Positions 10,072-23,348 of a stretch of DNA of 64,000 nt are shown piece by piece. The DNA is from an uncultured delta proteobacterium (GTDB lineage Bacteria; Desulfobacterota; Binatia; JACPRU01): the NCBI GenBank assembly GCA_963745025.1, contig CAVUWD010000014.1, positions 160,001-224,000 on the forward strand, read 5' to 3'. Below the pieces are notes generated by a model. The model saw nothing but the letters and a program-made list of their open reading frames with translations, was not told the DNA's origin and did not search any database. Both the position numbers and the translations under genes were made by a program. The number at the start of each line of letters is the position of its first letter. The stretch's first letter is position 1.

Positions 10072-11704
10072 CGTTTCTCTCCATCGCGGGGTAGTCGTAG
10101 GCTTCCTGAGTGACCACCGGAACACGGTCGAAGTTGTGTGTCGGTGGCGGCGACGGTGTCTGCCACTCGAGGCCGGTCGCGTTCCAGGGATTCGAGCTCG
10201 CCTTCGGCCCGTAGCGCATCGACCAGATCAGATAGACGATCGGCAGGAAGTAGCCAATGCCGAGGATGGACGCGCCCGCGGTCGACATCACGTTCAGCAC
10301 CTGAAACTCGGGTGGGTAGGCGTGATAGCGCCGCGGCATTCCCAGGTAGCCGAGGAGAAACTGCGGGAAGAAGGTCAGGTTGAAGCCGAGGAAGATGATC
10401 GCACACGCGATCTTCGCCCAGAATTCCGGGTAGAGCCGGCCGGTGATCTTCGGCCACCAGTAATGCAGGCCGCCGAGATAGGCCATGATCGCGCCGCCGA
10501 CCATGATGTAGTGGAAGTGCGCGATCACGAAGTAGGTATCGGTGAGGTGGACGTCGAGGCCGATGGCGGCGAGAAACAGCCCCGTCAGACCCCCGATCGT
10601 GAAGAGGCCGATGAACCCGAACACGTATAGCATCGGCGTCTGCCAGGAGATCCGGCCCTTGTAGAGCGTCGCGGTCCAGTTGAAGACCTTGATCGCCGAT
10701 GGGATCGCCACCAGGTACGAGAGCAGCGAGAAGAGGACGCCGGCATACACGGATTGGCCGCTGACGAAGAGGTGGTGGCCCCAGACGAGGAAGCCGATGA
10801 CGGCGATCCCGAGGCTCGAGAAGCAGATGAACTTGTAGCCGAAGATCTGCTTGCGCGAGAAGCAGGTGACGATCTCGCTGATGACTCCCATGCCGGGCAG
10901 GATCATGATGTAGACGGCGGGATGGGAGTAGAACCAAAAGAGGTGCTGGAAGAGGACCGGGTCGCCGCCCAGATTGGGGTCGAAGATGCCGATGTGGAGG
11001 CCCCGCTCGAGCAGCAACAGCACGAGCGTGATCGCCAGCACCGGCGTGGCGAGCATCTGAATCAGGCTCGTCGCGTAAATCGCCCAGACGAAGAGCGGCA
11101 GCCGGAACCAAGTGAGGCCCGGCGCGCGCATCTTGTGCGTGGTGACGATGAAGTTGAGCCCGGTGAGGATCGAAGAGAAGCCGACGATGAAACCGGCGAG
11201 CACCGTGGGGATCACCTGCGTCTGCGAGGACGAGGTGCTGTAGGGCGTGTAGAAGGTCCAGCCGGTGTCGACGCCGCCGGCGATGATCGCGTACGTGCCG
11301 AAGATCGCGCCGACGATGTAGACATACCAGCTGAGCAAGTTGATGCGCGGGAAGGCGAGGTCGCGCGCGCCGAGCATCAGCGGCAGCAGGAAGTTGCCGA
11401 GCACGGCGGGGATCGACGGAATCAGGAAGAAGAAGATCATGACCACGCCGTGCATGGTGAACAGCTTGTTGTAGGTGTCCGCCTGTACGAAGTCGCCCTT
11501 CGGGGTCAGCAGCTCGACGCGGAGCGCCGCCGCGAAGAGACCGCCGATCGAGAACATGATCGTGATCATCACCAGGTAGAGGATGGCGATGCGCTTGTGG
11601 TCGATCGTGAGCAACCACGACCGGATGCCGTAGTCGGCGTTCAGATAGTTGAACTCTTGGAGCGCCGAGCCCGGGTCTTCGGCCAACGCGTGCGAAGTCT
11701 TCAT
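10064..11704 (-). CDS. ctaD: Heme-copper oxidase subunit I, type A2
   Basis: DHKRIA, HGVVM, GWTFY, YSHPAVY (A2 YS motif), WGHH, HFHY, GMPRRY. Start MKTSH at 11704. Confidence 0.96.
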   Translation of the reverse strand: MKTSHALAEDPGSALQEFNYLNADYGIRSWLLTIDHKRIAILYLVMITIMFSIGGLFAAALRVELLTPKGDFVQADTYNKLFTMHGVVMIFFFLIPSIPAVLGNFLLPLMLGARDLAFPRINLLSWYVYIVGAIFGTYAIIAGGVDTGWTFYTPYSTSSSQTQVIPTVLAGFIVGFSSILTGLNFIVTTHKMRAPGLTWFRLPLFVWAIYATSLIQMLATPVLAITLVLLLLERGLHIGIFDPNLGGDPVLFQHLFWFYSHPAVYIMILPGMGVISEIVTCFSRKQIFGYKFICFSSLGIAVIGFLVWGHHLFVSGQSVYAGVLFSLLSYLVAIPSAIKVFNWTATLYKGRISWQTPMLYVFGFIGLFTIGGLTGLFLAAIGLDVHLTDTYFVIAHFHYIMVGGAIMAYLGGLHYWWPKITGRLYPEFWAKIACAIIFLGFNLTFFPQFLLGYLGMPRRYHAYPPEFQVLNVMSTAGASILGIGYFLPIVYLIWSMRYGPKASSNPWNATGLEWQTPSPPPTHNFDRVPVVTQEAYDYPAMERNVG

Positions 11705-12732
11705 GGTGTCGGTTCCTTCGCCGCCGCGACGGTGGAGGGCGGGGCGCCTCCATCCTTCGCGCCGAGCGTGCGGATGTAGGCCATCAGCTCGAGGAGCTGC
11801 TCCTCGCTGAGCTGCCCTTGGAAGGTCGGCATCTGCGGCACGTAGCCGGCGACGATCTTCGCCATCGGATTGAGGATCGATTCGCGAACGTAGCTCTCGT
11901 CGGCCTTGACGGTTCCGCCGCCTTCGAGCTTCACCGTGGAGCCGAGAACCCCGACGAGCGACGGGCCCCTGCCCTGGCCGTTCGGTAGATGACACGTGAT
12001 GCAGGCGCGTTCGTTGAACAATCGCTCTCCGAGCTGCGCCAGAGACTGGCCGGGCGCCGCGGCGCCGCCGCCTCCCGCGAGCCACGCCTCGTAGTCCCTC
12101 GGTTCCATCACGGTCACGCTGCCGATCATGCCCGAGTGCTGGGTGCCGCAGTATTCCGCGCAGAAGAGATGAAAGGTGCCCGTACGCGTGGGATGAAACC
12201 AGGTCTGCGTGTAGCGTCCGGGCACGACGTCTTGCTTCACCCGAAACGCGGGAACGAAGAAGCTGTGGATGACGTCCTCCGAGGACATCGTGAGCCGGAT
12301 GTCTTGGCCGAGGGGCACGTGCAGCTCGTTGATCTCCCGGACACCCTCGGGATGCTGGAACTTCCACATCCATTGCTTGCCGACCGCGTACAGCTGCAGC
12401 GCGCCGGCGGGCGGCCGCTCCAGCGTGAAGTAGAGGCTCGTGCCCCAGGCGAACATCACCATCGCCAGCGCGAACGGGATCACCGTCCAGACGATCTCGA
12501 GCATGATCGCGCCCCGGCCGTGCCCGTGCGTCGTCGCATGCTCGAGGTCGTCGACGGCCGGGCGTCCCGCCTCGACTCGAGTCTCGTGATAGCGAAGCGC
12601 GAAGAACACGATCAGGCCGGCGATCAGCAGCGAGAAGAAGCCGCTCACCGCGACCATGAAGTAGAAGAACAGGTCCACCTGCGCGGCCACGCTGGACGCT
12701 TGCTCGGGGATGAAGAATAGGAGTCTGTTCAT
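11701..12732 (-). CDS. ctaC: Cytochrome c oxidase subunit II with C-terminal cytochrome c (caa3)
   Basis: DVIHSF, CuA motif [12 protein letters not shown], heme motif CITCH. Confidence 0.95.
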   Translation of the reverse strand: MNRLLFFIPEQASSVAAQVDLFFYFMVAVSGFFSLLIAGLIVFFALRYHETRVEAGRPAVDDLEHATTHGHGRGAIMLEIVWTVIPFALAMVMFAWGTSLYFTLERPPAGALQLYAVGKQWMWKFQHPEGVREINELHVPLGQDIRLTMSSEDVIHSFFVPAFRVKQDVVPGRYTQTWFHPTRTGTFHLFCAEYCGTQHSGMIGSVTVMEPRDYEAWLAGGGGAAAPGQSLAQLGERLFNERACITCHLPNGQGRGPSLVGVLGSTVKLEGGGTVKADESYVRESILNPMAKIVAGYVPQMPTFQGQLSEEQLLELMAYIRTLGAKDGGAPPSTVAAAKEPTP

Positions 12733-12763
12733 CCGATGTCCCTGAGGAGTCTGTTCATCCGAT
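12719..12763. repeat. 19-bp direct duplication spanning the subunit II start codon
   Basis: AGGAGTCTGTTCATCCGAT at 12719-12737 and 12745-12763. Confidence 0.85.
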
Positions 12764-12768
12764 TTCCG

Positions 12769-13587
12769 TCACGCTCGCGAGCCCTCGTGGCGGAGCTGCA
12801 AGGCGACGAAGGCCACGAGACCGACGAGCGTCAGCACTCCGCCGATCCGGACCGCCGCCATCGCGGCCGGCCCGTATTTCCCCGTCGCGGGATCGTAGTG
12901 ATAACAGAAAAGAAGCAGTTGATCGGCGAGCGTTCCGATCTTCCGCTCCGACGCCTCCACGAGAGCGAGACGCAGGTCGCGCGGGGCATAGTCGATGCCG
13001 TAGAGGACTCTCGAGATGCGCCCTTGCGGTGTCAGCACGAAGAGACCCGTCGCGTGCGCGAACTGGTCGTTCGTCGCCTCGTAGCGGTAGCGGAAACCGA
13101 CGGCATCGGCGAGCCTGCGAACCGTCTCGTCGTCTCCGACCAGGAAATGCCAGCCCTGCGCCGCTCCCGGGCGCCCGTAGTCGGAGACGAGCGTGCGCTT
13201 CTTCTCGGCGGCCTGCGCGGAGGTTTCGCGCGCGTCGATGCTGACGGTCACGATCTGAAACTCATCCCCCACGTTCCACGCGAGCGGCCGAAGGCTTCGC
13301 ACCAAGCCCTCGAGCGCCATCGGACAGAGCATCGGGCAATGGTAGTAGGCGAGCGAGAGCAAGACCGGCTTCTGGCCGAAGAAATCGGCGAGCCTCACGG
13401 CGTTGTCTGATTCGTCGCGGAAGGAGAGATCGAGGGGCACGACGTGGTCGAGCTTCTGCTCGATGCCGACGTCGCGGAGCGCCGGGGGAGGCGCCGTCGT
13501 GTCGGCAAATGCCGGAGCGGCGAGCGCGCCGATCGCCAGCCAGAGACTCGCCGCAAATCGTGTCGCTTCAAGGCCCGGGGTTTTCAT
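12769..13587 (-). CDS. SCO1/SenC family protein (ACIII/caa3-associated)
   Basis: CPMLC, FAHATG, LLFCYHYDP..GKY. Start MKTPG overlaps the upstream stop. Confidence 0.9.
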   Translation of the reverse strand: MKTPGLEATRFAASLWLAIGALAAPAFADTTAPPPALRDVGIEQKLDHVVPLDLSFRDESDNAVRLADFFGQKPVLLSLAYYHCPMLCPMALEGLVRSLRPLAWNVGDEFQIVTVSIDARETSAQAAEKKRTLVSDYGRPGAAQGWHFLVGDDETVRRLADAVGFRYRYEATNDQFAHATGLFVLTPQGRISRVLYGIDYAPRDLRLALVEASERKIGTLADQLLLFCYHYDPATGKYGPAAMAAVRIGGVLTLVGLVAFVALQLRHEGSRA

Positions 13588-13982
13588 GGGGATTTGCCCG
13601 GCGACGGACGGCTCTGCAGGCCTTCCTTGGCGACGAGTTCCATGGCGCGCACGATCGGAATGCGGACGATTCCGCGCTCCTTGTCGACCCAACCGTAGGT
13701 GTCGAGAAGCTCTTCTTCTTCCTTGCGCGCCGAGACGAGAGCGTCGTGCTCCTTGACGAGAAGACGAGGCTCCGGGGGCAGCTGGCTCTCGGCGGCGGCC
13801 AGCGGCGAGACCTTGGGGTCCCGGCGCGCGGCCCGTTCGGCGAGCACATTGAAGAACACCCACGCCGCGACCACCGAGACGATGATCACCGCGACCAGCA
13901 ACCCGACCCACGCGAGCAGGGTTCCGGGATCGACGTCGCTGGTCTCGTAGCCCGAGTTCGCCGATGGCTCAGTGTCCGACAT
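13584..13982 (-). CDS. actG: ACIII subunit ActG-like
   Basis: YETSD, single TM helix, PPEPRL, YGWVD...VRIPI.RAM; lies after actF. Confidence 0.75.
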   Translation of the reverse strand: MSDTEPSANSGYETSDVDPGTLLAWVGLLVAVIIVSVVAAWVFFNVLAERAARRDPKVSPLAAAESQLPPEPRLLVKEHDALVSARKEEEELLDTYGWVDKERGIVRIPIVRAMELVAKEGLQSRPSPGKSP

Positions 13983-15150
13983 TTTCGAAGGTTTCCCGCA
14001 GGTAAGGGTCGTGAAGGGGCAAGAGCGGCCGCGCGCGGAGCTCGCGCAGAAACATCCACAGCCAAACGCCGCCGATCCCGGCCGGCGCGGCTACGTCCAG
14101 CCAATGCACGGTCAGGCGTTCGGGATGGAAGAGCGGCACGATCGTCCAGAACAGGTCGACGAAGCGCATGACCATGACGAGCAAGGCCACGCCCGCGAGC
14201 AAGCGCATGTTGCGCTTCAAATCCCGTGAGAGCAGCAAGAAGAACGGCACGAAGAACTGAAAGACGATGATGAAGAGTCCGAGCGCCAGCCAGCCTCCCT
14301 TCGAGTGCCCGAGGTACCAGTGGATCTCTTCGGGGAGGTTTCCCGCCCAGATGATCAGGAACTGAGAGAAGGAAAAGTAGGCCCACACCATCACGAACGC
14401 GAGCAAGAGTTTGCCGAGGTCCTGAAAGACGCTCGGCTGGATCACTCCCGCAAAGGGCGCGGAGCCCGACAGCAGCGCGAGCAGCAGGATCGCGAAGGAG
14501 AATGCATTCAGCACCTGGCCGACCGCGATCAGCGGCCCGAAGATCGTCGAGTACCAGTGCGCATCGATCGCCATGACCCAGTCGATCGCCGCGAAGGTGA
14601 CGGCCAGGAAGTAGAAGACGATGCCCGGGCCGCTGAGAACCTGCATCCGGCGCGCGAGCGCGGCGTCGCCCGTGCGGTCCTGCTCGCGCGACCAGGCCGT
14701 GAGGCGGGAGCCGAGACCGATCCAGATCGCGAAGTAGACGACCGCGCGCGCGATCCAGAACGCCCGATTCAGATACGGCGCCTTGTGGCGCAGCACCTCG
14801 TCGGCGGCCACCACGTCCGCATGCGTCCACGAATAAGAGATGGAGTCCATGCCGAGGACGATGGGAACGAACAGCAAGACCATGAAGGGAAGCGTGCGCG
14901 TGGCGGCTTCGAGCAGTCGACGGATCGCCAACCCCCAGGCGCCGCCGGTCAGGTGCTGAAGCATGACGAGCGGCAGCGAGCCGAGCGCGATGCCGAACCA
15001 GAAGAGGTAGCCAATCAAATACGACCGGAAGAACTGGTCGGGGCTCGTCATCCAGCCGATGGCCGAGAGACCGATTCCGGCCACGCCGACGCCGAGGGCG
15101 AGCGCCTGCGGACGGTCGAGGTCCGAATGTGCGGTGGTGGAATTCGTCAT
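13969..15150 (-). CDS. actF: ACIII membrane subunit ActF
   Basis: HLTGGAWG, DWVMA.D.HWYSTIFG, DLGKLLLAF, WAY..FSQFLIIW.GNLPEE. Confidence 0.92.
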   Translation of the reverse strand: MTNSTTAHSDLDRPQALALGVGVAGIGLSAIGWMTSPDQFFRSYLIGYLFWFGIALGSLPLVMLQHLTGGAWGLAIRRLLEAATRTLPFMVLLFVPIVLGMDSISYSWTHADVVAADEVLRHKAPYLNRAFWIARAVVYFAIWIGLGSRLTAWSREQDRTGDAALARRMQVLSGPGIVFYFLAVTFAAIDWVMAIDAHWYSTIFGPLIAVGQVLNAFSFAILLLALLSGSAPFAGVIQPSVFQDLGKLLLAFVMVWAYFSFSQFLIIWAGNLPEEIHWYLGHSKGGWLALGLFIIVFQFFVPFFLLLSRDLKRNMRLLAGVALLVMVMRFVDLFWTIVPLFHPERLTVHWLDVAAPAGIGGVWLWMFLRELRARPLLPLHDPYLRETFENVGH

Positions 15151-15169
15151 CGTCTGCGCTCGTCTCGAC

Positions 15170-15754
15170 TCATCCGCCAGACTTGAGCTTCGCCGCCTCC
15201 TCGGGCGGCACGTCGGCGAGGGTCGCCTGCTGGCTCCACTGCAGCGCGCGGATGTAGGCGACGATCGCCCAGCGATCCGCCGCCCCGACCTGGGCTCGAT
15301 AGTCGGGCATCGCCCCGAAGCCGTTGGTCATCACGTCGAAGAAGTGCCCGACCGGCGCCTGCCGCAGGCGGTCGATGTGGTACGAGGGCGGCGCCTTGAA
15401 GCCGCGTCGCACGACCATTCCCCGTCCGCTCCCGACGCGATCGTGGCAAGGGCTGCAATAGATGTTGAATCTCTCCTGACCGCGCTTCAGCAGCTGGGGA
15501 GTGAACGGCAGCGGCAGCGCTTCGACGAGCGTTCCGCTGGCCGTCTTCCCCGTGTAGAACTCGACGTCGTCGTCGAGGTGGCCGCGCGCGACGGTGTTCT
15601 CGACGAGCGGGCGCGCCGACGCACCATTGTCCCAGAAGCGGCTCGCCGCCAGCGGCTTGTACTTCGGCTGATCTTGCATGTCTTGGCGGCAACCGACGAC
15701 GAGCGCCAGCGACGCCGCCATGCCGAGTGCCGAGAGCCGACCGACGAACGTCAT
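15170..15754 (-). CDS. actE: ACIII monoheme cytochrome c lipoprotein ActE
   Basis: Lipobox VVGC, MQDQPK, CSPCH, RWAIVAYIRALQ. Confidence 0.92.
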   Translation of the reverse strand: MTFVGRLSALGMAASLALVVGCRQDMQDQPKYKPLAASRFWDNGASARPLVENTVARGHLDDDVEFYTGKTASGTLVEALPLPFTPQLLKRGQERFNIYCSPCHDRVGSGRGMVVRRGFKAPPSYHIDRLRQAPVGHFFDVMTNGFGAMPDYRAQVGAADRWAIVAYIRALQWSQQATLADVPPEEAAKLKSGG

Positions 15755-16303
15755 TTACGGCGCCACCTCCAGGACCGAGCGCGGGGAAAACTGCTCGAGG
15801 AATTTCTGGGTCCCTTCGCGGTCGAACTTTGGATCCGCGGATTCGATGCAGAGGAAGAATCGATCGCGGCTGGCAAGCGCGAAGCTCGGCACGTTGAAGA
15901 CCGGATGGTACGGCATCGGCAAGCCGTTCAGCGCCAGCATCCCGAGCACCGCAGAGAGCGCGGCGATGAGAATCGCAAGTTCGAACGTCACCGGAACGAA
16001 CGCCGGCAGGCTGAAGAACGGCTTGCCGCCGACGTTGAGCGGGTAGGCGACGACCGAAACCCAGTATTGCAGTCCGAGGCCGCCGAGACCACCAAGGATT
16101 CCGCCGCAGAGCACGATGAGCGGCATCGCGTTCGCGTCGAGCCCCAAGGCCTCGAACACCGCCTCCATCGGGAATGGCGTGTAGGCGTCCATGCGCCGGT
16201 AGCCCGCTTCACGCGCGGCGCGACAGGCCCGCACCAGATCGACCGGCTTGTCGAATTCGGCCATCAGCCCCCAGGGGCCCGGCGTGCGGATCGGCGCGCT
16301 CAT
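15755..16303 (-). CDS. actD: ACIII subunit ActD (DUF3341)
   Basis: [34 protein letters not shown]. Confidence 0.93.
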   Translation of the reverse strand: MSAPIRTPGPWGLMAEFDKPVDLVRACRAAREAGYRRMDAYTPFPMEAVFEALGLDANAMPLIVLCGGILGGLGGLGLQYWVSVVAYPLNVGGKPFFSLPAFVPVTFELAILIAALSAVLGMLALNGLPMPYHPVFNVPSFALASRDRFFLCIESADPKFDREGTQKFLEQFSPRSVLEVAP

Positions 16304-16343
16304 AGCGGGACCTCCGCCGACTCCCGAGCCCGACCGCTCATGC

Positions 16344-16595
16344 GTGATGCCTCAGCTTCCGCCGAGAACGTTTCGGCAAGACGGAAGGCGCGGCTGGTTG
16401 TGGTCGAGCCGTACTCGGGTCGACCACAACCAGCCGCAACCGCGCGGAGCGCGGAAGCAATCACTATCGGTGCTCGTCTATTACCTCCGCGCTCCGCGCG
16501 GTGGCTGGAGTTTCCGGTCGGGCCGAGTACGTCCCGACCGGAAACTCCAGCGCTTCTAGAAATTCGCAGCGATCGTACGGAGACTGAGGTGTTGC
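16344..16595. mobile_element. Three-hairpin palindromic element (family A), copy 1; non-autonomous MITE/REPIN-like
   Basis: Perfect stems 16390-16437 (18 bp), 16439-16502 (17 bp) and 16504-16551 (19 bp), closed by GTGATGCCTCAG...CTGAGGTGTTGC. Homologous to 36525-36716 and 60176-60416. Mobility is inferred. Confidence 0.8.
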
Positions 16596-16598
16596 CCC

Positions 16599-17993
<1,395 letters not shown>

Positions 17994-18001
17994 CGGCGGA
18001 A

Positions 18002-21000
18002 TCAGCCTCCCTCGCGCTCCGCGCGCGTCGCGTCGAGCGTGGCGATCTCGGGGTTCGGGTTCCGCACGCGCGCCAGGTAGGTCGTGCGCGGTCGGGTGTT
18101 CAGCTCGGCGAGCAGCCCGTAGTTGCGGGGATCCGCTTTGAGCTTCGCGACACGGCTTGCGGCGTCGTTGACGTCACCGAAGACGATCGCGTCGGCGGGG
18201 CAGACTTGCTGGCACGCGGTCACGATCTCGCCGTCGCGCACCTTGCGATCCTCCTTCTCGGCCGCGATCTTCGCGGCGTTGATGCGCTGCACGCAGTAGG
18301 TGCACTTCTCCATCACGCCGCGGCTGCGCACGGTGACGTCCGGGTTGCGCATCAGGCTTTCAAGCTCTCGGTCGCCCAGTCGGAGTAAAGGAAGAAGTTG
18401 AACCGGCGCACCTTGTACGGGCAGTTGTTCGAGCAGTAGCGGGTGCCGACGCAGCGGTTGTACACCATGTCGTTCAGGCCCTCCGCGCTGTGGACCGTCG
18501 CACCGACCGGGCAGACGACCTCGCACGGGGCGTTCTCGCAGTGCATGCACGGAACCGGCTGGACGTACGTCTCGGGGTAATCGGCGCTGCCCTTGTAGTA
18601 GCGGTCGAGGCGGATCCAGTGCATCTCACGGCCGCGGCCGACCTGGTCCTTGCCGACGACGGGGATGTTGTTCTCCGCCTGGCAGGCGATGACGCAGGCA
18701 TTGCAGCCGATGCAGGCCGATCAGGTCGATCGCCATGCCCCAGGCGTAGCCGTCGTAGGTCCACGGAGGCTTGTACATCGTGTCGCCGGGCGCCGGCGAC
18801 TCGCCGAGCTTCTGCGCGAACTCGGGGTCCTGGCGAAACTCCGCGAACGAGGCCGAGCGAACGACGTTCCGCCCCTCCATCGACTGCTGGTACTGCGTGC
18901 AGGCGAGCTTCGTCCGCCGCGCGGTCTTGCGGACCTCGAGGCCGGATGCCGCCCAAGGCGCCTTGGAGCTTCGGATCTGGTAGGCGTTGAAGCCCGTGCC
19001 GGTGCCGACGCGCCCCGTCGTCGTCCGGCCGTAGCCGAGATGGACGGTCACGCAGTCCTCTGCCTGGCCCGGCTGGATCCACACCGGCGCCTCGACGCTG
19101 CGGCCGTCGATCGTGAGCTTGACGACCATCTCGGTCTCGAGCCCCAGCCGATTCGCCGTGCCCGGGCTCATCATCGCGACGTTGTCCCAGGTGAGCTTGG
19201 TCTGCGGCTTGGGCAGCTCCTGGAGCCAGCCGTTGTTCACCCAGCGGCCATCGAAGATCGTCGGGTCCGGGCGGAACGCGAGCTCGAGGGCATGCGGCTT
19301 CGGCTCTTCCGCCTTCGGCAGGCGACTGATCCAATCGGGCTTCAGGGTCACGGTCTTGGCGCCTGCCGCGCTCCCTTCGACGACCCCGTCGTGGAGCGAG
19401 CGTCGCCAGAAGCGCTCGAGTGAGGCCTTGTCTTTGTCCGTGGCGTAGGTCTCGCGCACGAGGTCGTAGCTCGTCTGATCCCCCTGCGCGCCGAACAGCG
19501 TGGCCAGGAGCTCGTGCTCGGACTTTCCTTCGTAGAGCGGCGCGATCAGCGGCTGAAGGATCGTGATCGTGCCGTCGTAGGCGCGAGCGTCGCTCCAGGT
19601 CTCGAGCGGGTGAGTCGCCGGAACGTTCCAGTGGCAGAGCTCGGCGGTCTCGTCGTTGCGGAGGGTCCAGTAGACGCGCAGGCCGACCTTGGAGAGGCGC
19701 TTCCCGAACTCGAGGTCGGCGGGCGCCGTGAACACGGGATTGCCGCCGAGGATCACCAGGACGTCGACGAGCCCCTTGTCCATCTCGTCGACGAGCTGCT
19801 TGAGCGCCTCGAGTTGGTTCTGCGGAGCCGCCTCGACGGGCTCGGTGTAGACGATCGTCTTGCCGACGTTGTCGAGCGCCTGGTTCATCGCGTGCGCAAG
19901 GAGGTGGACGGAGGCGGGCTGCTCCTCGCCGGCGATCACCAGGCTTTCGCCCGCGTTCTTCTTGAGATCGCGGACGAGCCCCTCGATCCACGCCGCATGC
20001 TCCGGCGCGGCAACCTCGGCGCCGACGCCGAGCCCGAGGCCTGCGGCCACCGCGCGCGCGAACGCCTCGACCTCGCTCGGCTTGAGCGCGAGTCGATGAT
20101 CCGCGTTTCCTCCGGTCGCCGTCGGCGAGGTCTCCACGCAGTAAAACCGGCTCATCTCGCCATTCTCGGGATCCACGCGCCGCGCGGCGACGAAGTCGCG
20201 GGCGTAGCGCAGGCTCCCCGGCATGCTGCCGACGAAGTCCGCGTCGATCGACAAGATCAGCCGCGCGTTGCGGAAGCGATATTGCGCCTCCACCGGCTCG
20301 CCGAACGCGAGCCGGGCGCCCTCGCGAGCGCCGTCCCGCGTCGCCGGCTCGTATTGGATCCATTTCGCCTCGGGGAGCTGCTGGAGCGCTTCGCGGATCT
20401 GTCGAGCGAGCGTCGGCGAAGTGACCGTCTCGGTGAGGAGACGCAGGCGGGCCCCCTTGTTCGAGCGCTGCGCGTCGATCGAGGCCCGCAGGACGTCGCG
20501 GAACGCCGACCAGGGGCGGATGCGATCCACGCGTCGGAGCGCCTGCAGGCGATCGGGATCGTAGAGGTCGAGCACCCACGCCTGGCCGAATACGTCGGTG
20601 GCACCGAGGCTGGCGGGATGATCGGGGTTGCCCTCGATCTTGGTCGGCCGTCCTTCGTGACTCTCGACGATCACGCCGTTCGCATAGCCGCGCAGCGTGA
20701 CGGCGGTGGCGAAGAACAGCGGCTTGCCGAGAACGAGCTCCTCCGGCTGCTTGACGTAGGGCACGATCGACTCGCGCGGCTGACGAGTACAGCCGGAGAG
20801 TCCCGCGAGGGCGATCGAAGCGCCCATCAGGTTGAGGAACTGGCGGCGGCTGACGGGGTCGAGCCACTCCGAGGCCGCTTGCGGGAACTCGCGATGGATG
20901 AGCTCGCGGAACTCTTCCGTGTCGGCGAGCTCCTCGAGACCCCGCCAATACTCCGGGCCCCGCGCGCCATCGAGGCGGGCCCGGATCGCCTCTAGATTCC

Positions 21001-21013
21001 GTCGATCAGCCAT
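18002..21013 (-). CDS. actB: ACIII subunit ActB (molybdopterin-oxidoreductase-like + Fe-S), frameshifted near 18720 and 18360
   Basis: YWRGLEEL, Tat/lipoprotein signal [72 protein letters not shown]. Confidence 0.93.
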
Positions 21014-21025
21014 TGGGTGATCTTT

Positions 21026-21685
21026 CTACCGATGACACGTCGAGCACGAGACCAACACCTTCGTCGGCTGGATCGCATACGCCTTCACGAGCCGCGCGCC
21101 CTGCTCAAACTGGTCGGGCGGCGGAATCCAGTCCATGTTGAAGACCTCCTCGCGCGGGCGCACATACTGCGCCGGATTGCCGTGGCAGTTGACGCACCAA
21201 TTCATCTGCAGCGAGCTCTCCTGCCAGGTGAGCGGCATTTGGTCGACACGCCCGTGGCAGGTGGAGCAGCCGACCCCTTTGTTCACGTGGATGCTGTGAT
21301 TGAAGTAAACGAATTCCGGAAGGTCATGGACGCGCGTCCATTGCATCGGCTTGCCGGTCTTGAAGCTCTCGCGCACCGGCTCGAGGGCCGGGCTGTTGGC
21401 CCAGATCTGCGAGTGGCAGTTCATGCACGTCTTGGTCGGCGGGACCCCAGCGAATGCCGACGTTTCGACCGAAGCGTGACAGTAGCGGCAGTCGAAGCCC
21501 TCGCCGCCGACGTGGTGCTTGTGACTGAACGCGATCGGCTGGACGCGGGCGGTGTTGGCCTGCGTCACGTACGAGGAGCGGCTGATGGTATCGAGCAACC
21601 AACCGAGTCCCGCCACGATGAACACCGCGCCGAAGATGCTCACACGCGAGATCGTGTTCGTACTGCGGTGGAAGACCTGCGACAT
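21026..21685 (-). CDS. actA: ACIII pentaheme cytochrome c ActA
   Basis: Five CxxCH motifs (CRYCH, CMNCH, CSTCH, CVNCH, CSTCH), QPIAFSHKHH, N-terminal TM helix. Confidence 0.95.
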   Translation of the reverse strand: MSQVFHRSTNTISRVSIFGAVFIVAGLGWLLDTISRSSYVTQANTARVQPIAFSHKHHVGGEGFDCRYCHASVETSAFAGVPPTKTCMNCHSQIWANSPALEPVRESFKTGKPMQWTRVHDLPEFVYFNHSIHVNKGVGCSTCHGRVDQMPLTWQESSLQMNWCVNCHGNPAQYVRPREEVFNMDWIPPPDQFEQGARLVKAYAIQPTKVLVSCSTCHR

Positions 21686-21974
21686 TCTCCTCGTCCCTTC
21701 GCGTCCCCTGCGGTGCTCCGCCTAGCCGGTCGTCGGGAAACGTCGGATCGCGCCATCGGATCGGGCACCTCGGATTGCGTGCGAGTACGGCGTGTGGGAT
21801 GCCGCGCCGATTGTTGGATGTATGGTGACCACAGTTCGCAGCTCAGCAGCCGGCTGAAGGCGGCGCACTATTCAACGGAGCGACGAAGCTTTCAAGTGGA
21901 ACCCATGTCCCGCGGCGGACCGGCCGGACGCTTTCTGGAATTGACGGCGGTTTCCAGCTATTCCCCATCCACCC

Positions 21975-23348
21975 GTGGGCCGTAAAACCAAAAAGCTCTG
22001 GCAAGGAAGATTCTCGGCGCCACCCAGCCGTTTGGCCGAAGAATACACGGCCTCGCTCGGCTTCGATCGCCGCCTGTGGTCGTACGACTTGCGTGGCAGC
22101 GAGGCGCATTGCCGGATGCTGGCGCGCCAGAAAATCATCCCGGCGAAGGAGGCGGAGAAGATCCTCGCCGGGCTCGCGCAGATTCGCAAGGAATTTCTTT
22201 CCGAGCGCTTCCGGTTTCTCGCCTCCGACGAAGACATCCACTCGGCGATCGAACGACGCCTGACCGAGATCGTCGGCCCGCCGGGCGGTCATCTGCACAC
22301 CGCGCGCAGTCGCAACGACCAGATCGTTCTCGACGTCCGTCTGTATCTGAAGGACGTGATCGGCAACCTTCGGGTGGCGCTCGACGAGGTCCGTGAGGTG
22401 CTCGCGCGCCTGGCACGCCAGACGATCGACCTGGTGATGCCCGGCTACACGCATCAGCAGCGCGCGCAGCCGGTGCTGCTCGCCCACCACCTCTTCGCTT
22501 ACTACGACATGCTCGGACGCGACGATGAGCGCTTCGCGGATTGCCGCTCGCGCGTCGACATGATGCCGCTCGGCTCGGGCGCGCTCGCCGGTGTGCCCTA
22601 CCCGATCGATCGCGCGTTCGTCGCGCGGCAGCTCGGCTTTCACCGCATCTCGGAGAATTCGATCGACGCCGTGTCGGATCGCGACTTCATCGCCGAGTTT
22701 CTCGCCGCGACGTCGATTCTCTTCGTGCATCTCTCGCGGCTCTGCGCCGACCTCACGCTCTGGGCGACGGCGGAATTCGGATTCGTCGAATTTCCCGACG
22801 AGTTCTCGACCGGCAGCTCGATCATGCCGCAGAAGAAGAACCCCGACGTCGCAGAGCTCGTGCGCGGCAAGAGCGGCCGGATCTTCGGCAGCCTGGTCGC
22901 CGTGCTCACGGTGATGAAGGGCCTGCCGCTTGCCTATCAGAGCGACCTGCAGGAGGACAAAGAGCCGATGTTCGACGCGGCGGACACGGCGCTCGCCACG
23001 CTGCGCACGCTCGCGGCGATGCTCCCTGCCCTGCGCTTCGATGGCGAACGCATGCGCGCGGCTGCGCAGGGGTTCCTGCTCGCAACCGAGCTCGCCGATT
23101 TTCTCGTCGAGAAGGGCTTGCCCTTCCGCGAGGCGCACGGGGTGGTCGGTGCGGTGGTGCGACACTGTCTGAAAACGAAGAAACAATTGGAAACGCTGAC
23201 GCTCACCGAGCTTCGTCGCTTCTCTCCGCGGTTCGACCGCGAAGTGCTTCGCCGCCTCACTCCCGAGGCGGCGATCGCGCGCCGCCGTGCCCCCGGCGGC
23301 ACGGCACGCGAGAACGTCGAGCGGCGGCTGGAGAAGCTCGGTGTCTGA
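21975..23348 (+). CDS. argH: Argininosuccinate lyase
   Basis: LWQGRF, HTARSRNDQ, MPGYTH, GSSIMPQKKNPD, LQEDKE. Confidence 0.97.
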   Translation: MGRKTKKLWQGRFSAPPSRLAEEYTASLGFDRRLWSYDLRGSEAHCRMLARQKIIPAKEAEKILAGLAQIRKEFLSERFRFLASDEDIHSAIERRLTEIVGPPGGHLHTARSRNDQIVLDVRLYLKDVIGNLRVALDEVREVLARLARQTIDLVMPGYTHQQRAQPVLLAHHLFAYYDMLGRDDERFADCRSRVDMMPLGSGALAGVPYPIDRAFVARQLGFHRISENSIDAVSDRDFIAEFLAATSILFVHLSRLCADLTLWATAEFGFVEFPDEFSTGSSIMPQKKNPDVAELVRGKSGRIFGSLVAVLTVMKGLPLAYQSDLQEDKEPMFDAADTALATLRTLAAMLPALRFDGERMRAAAQGFLLATELADFLVEKGLPFREAHGVVGAVVRHCLKTKKQLETLTLTELRRFSPRFDREVLRRLTPEAAIARRRAPGGTARENVERRLEKLGV

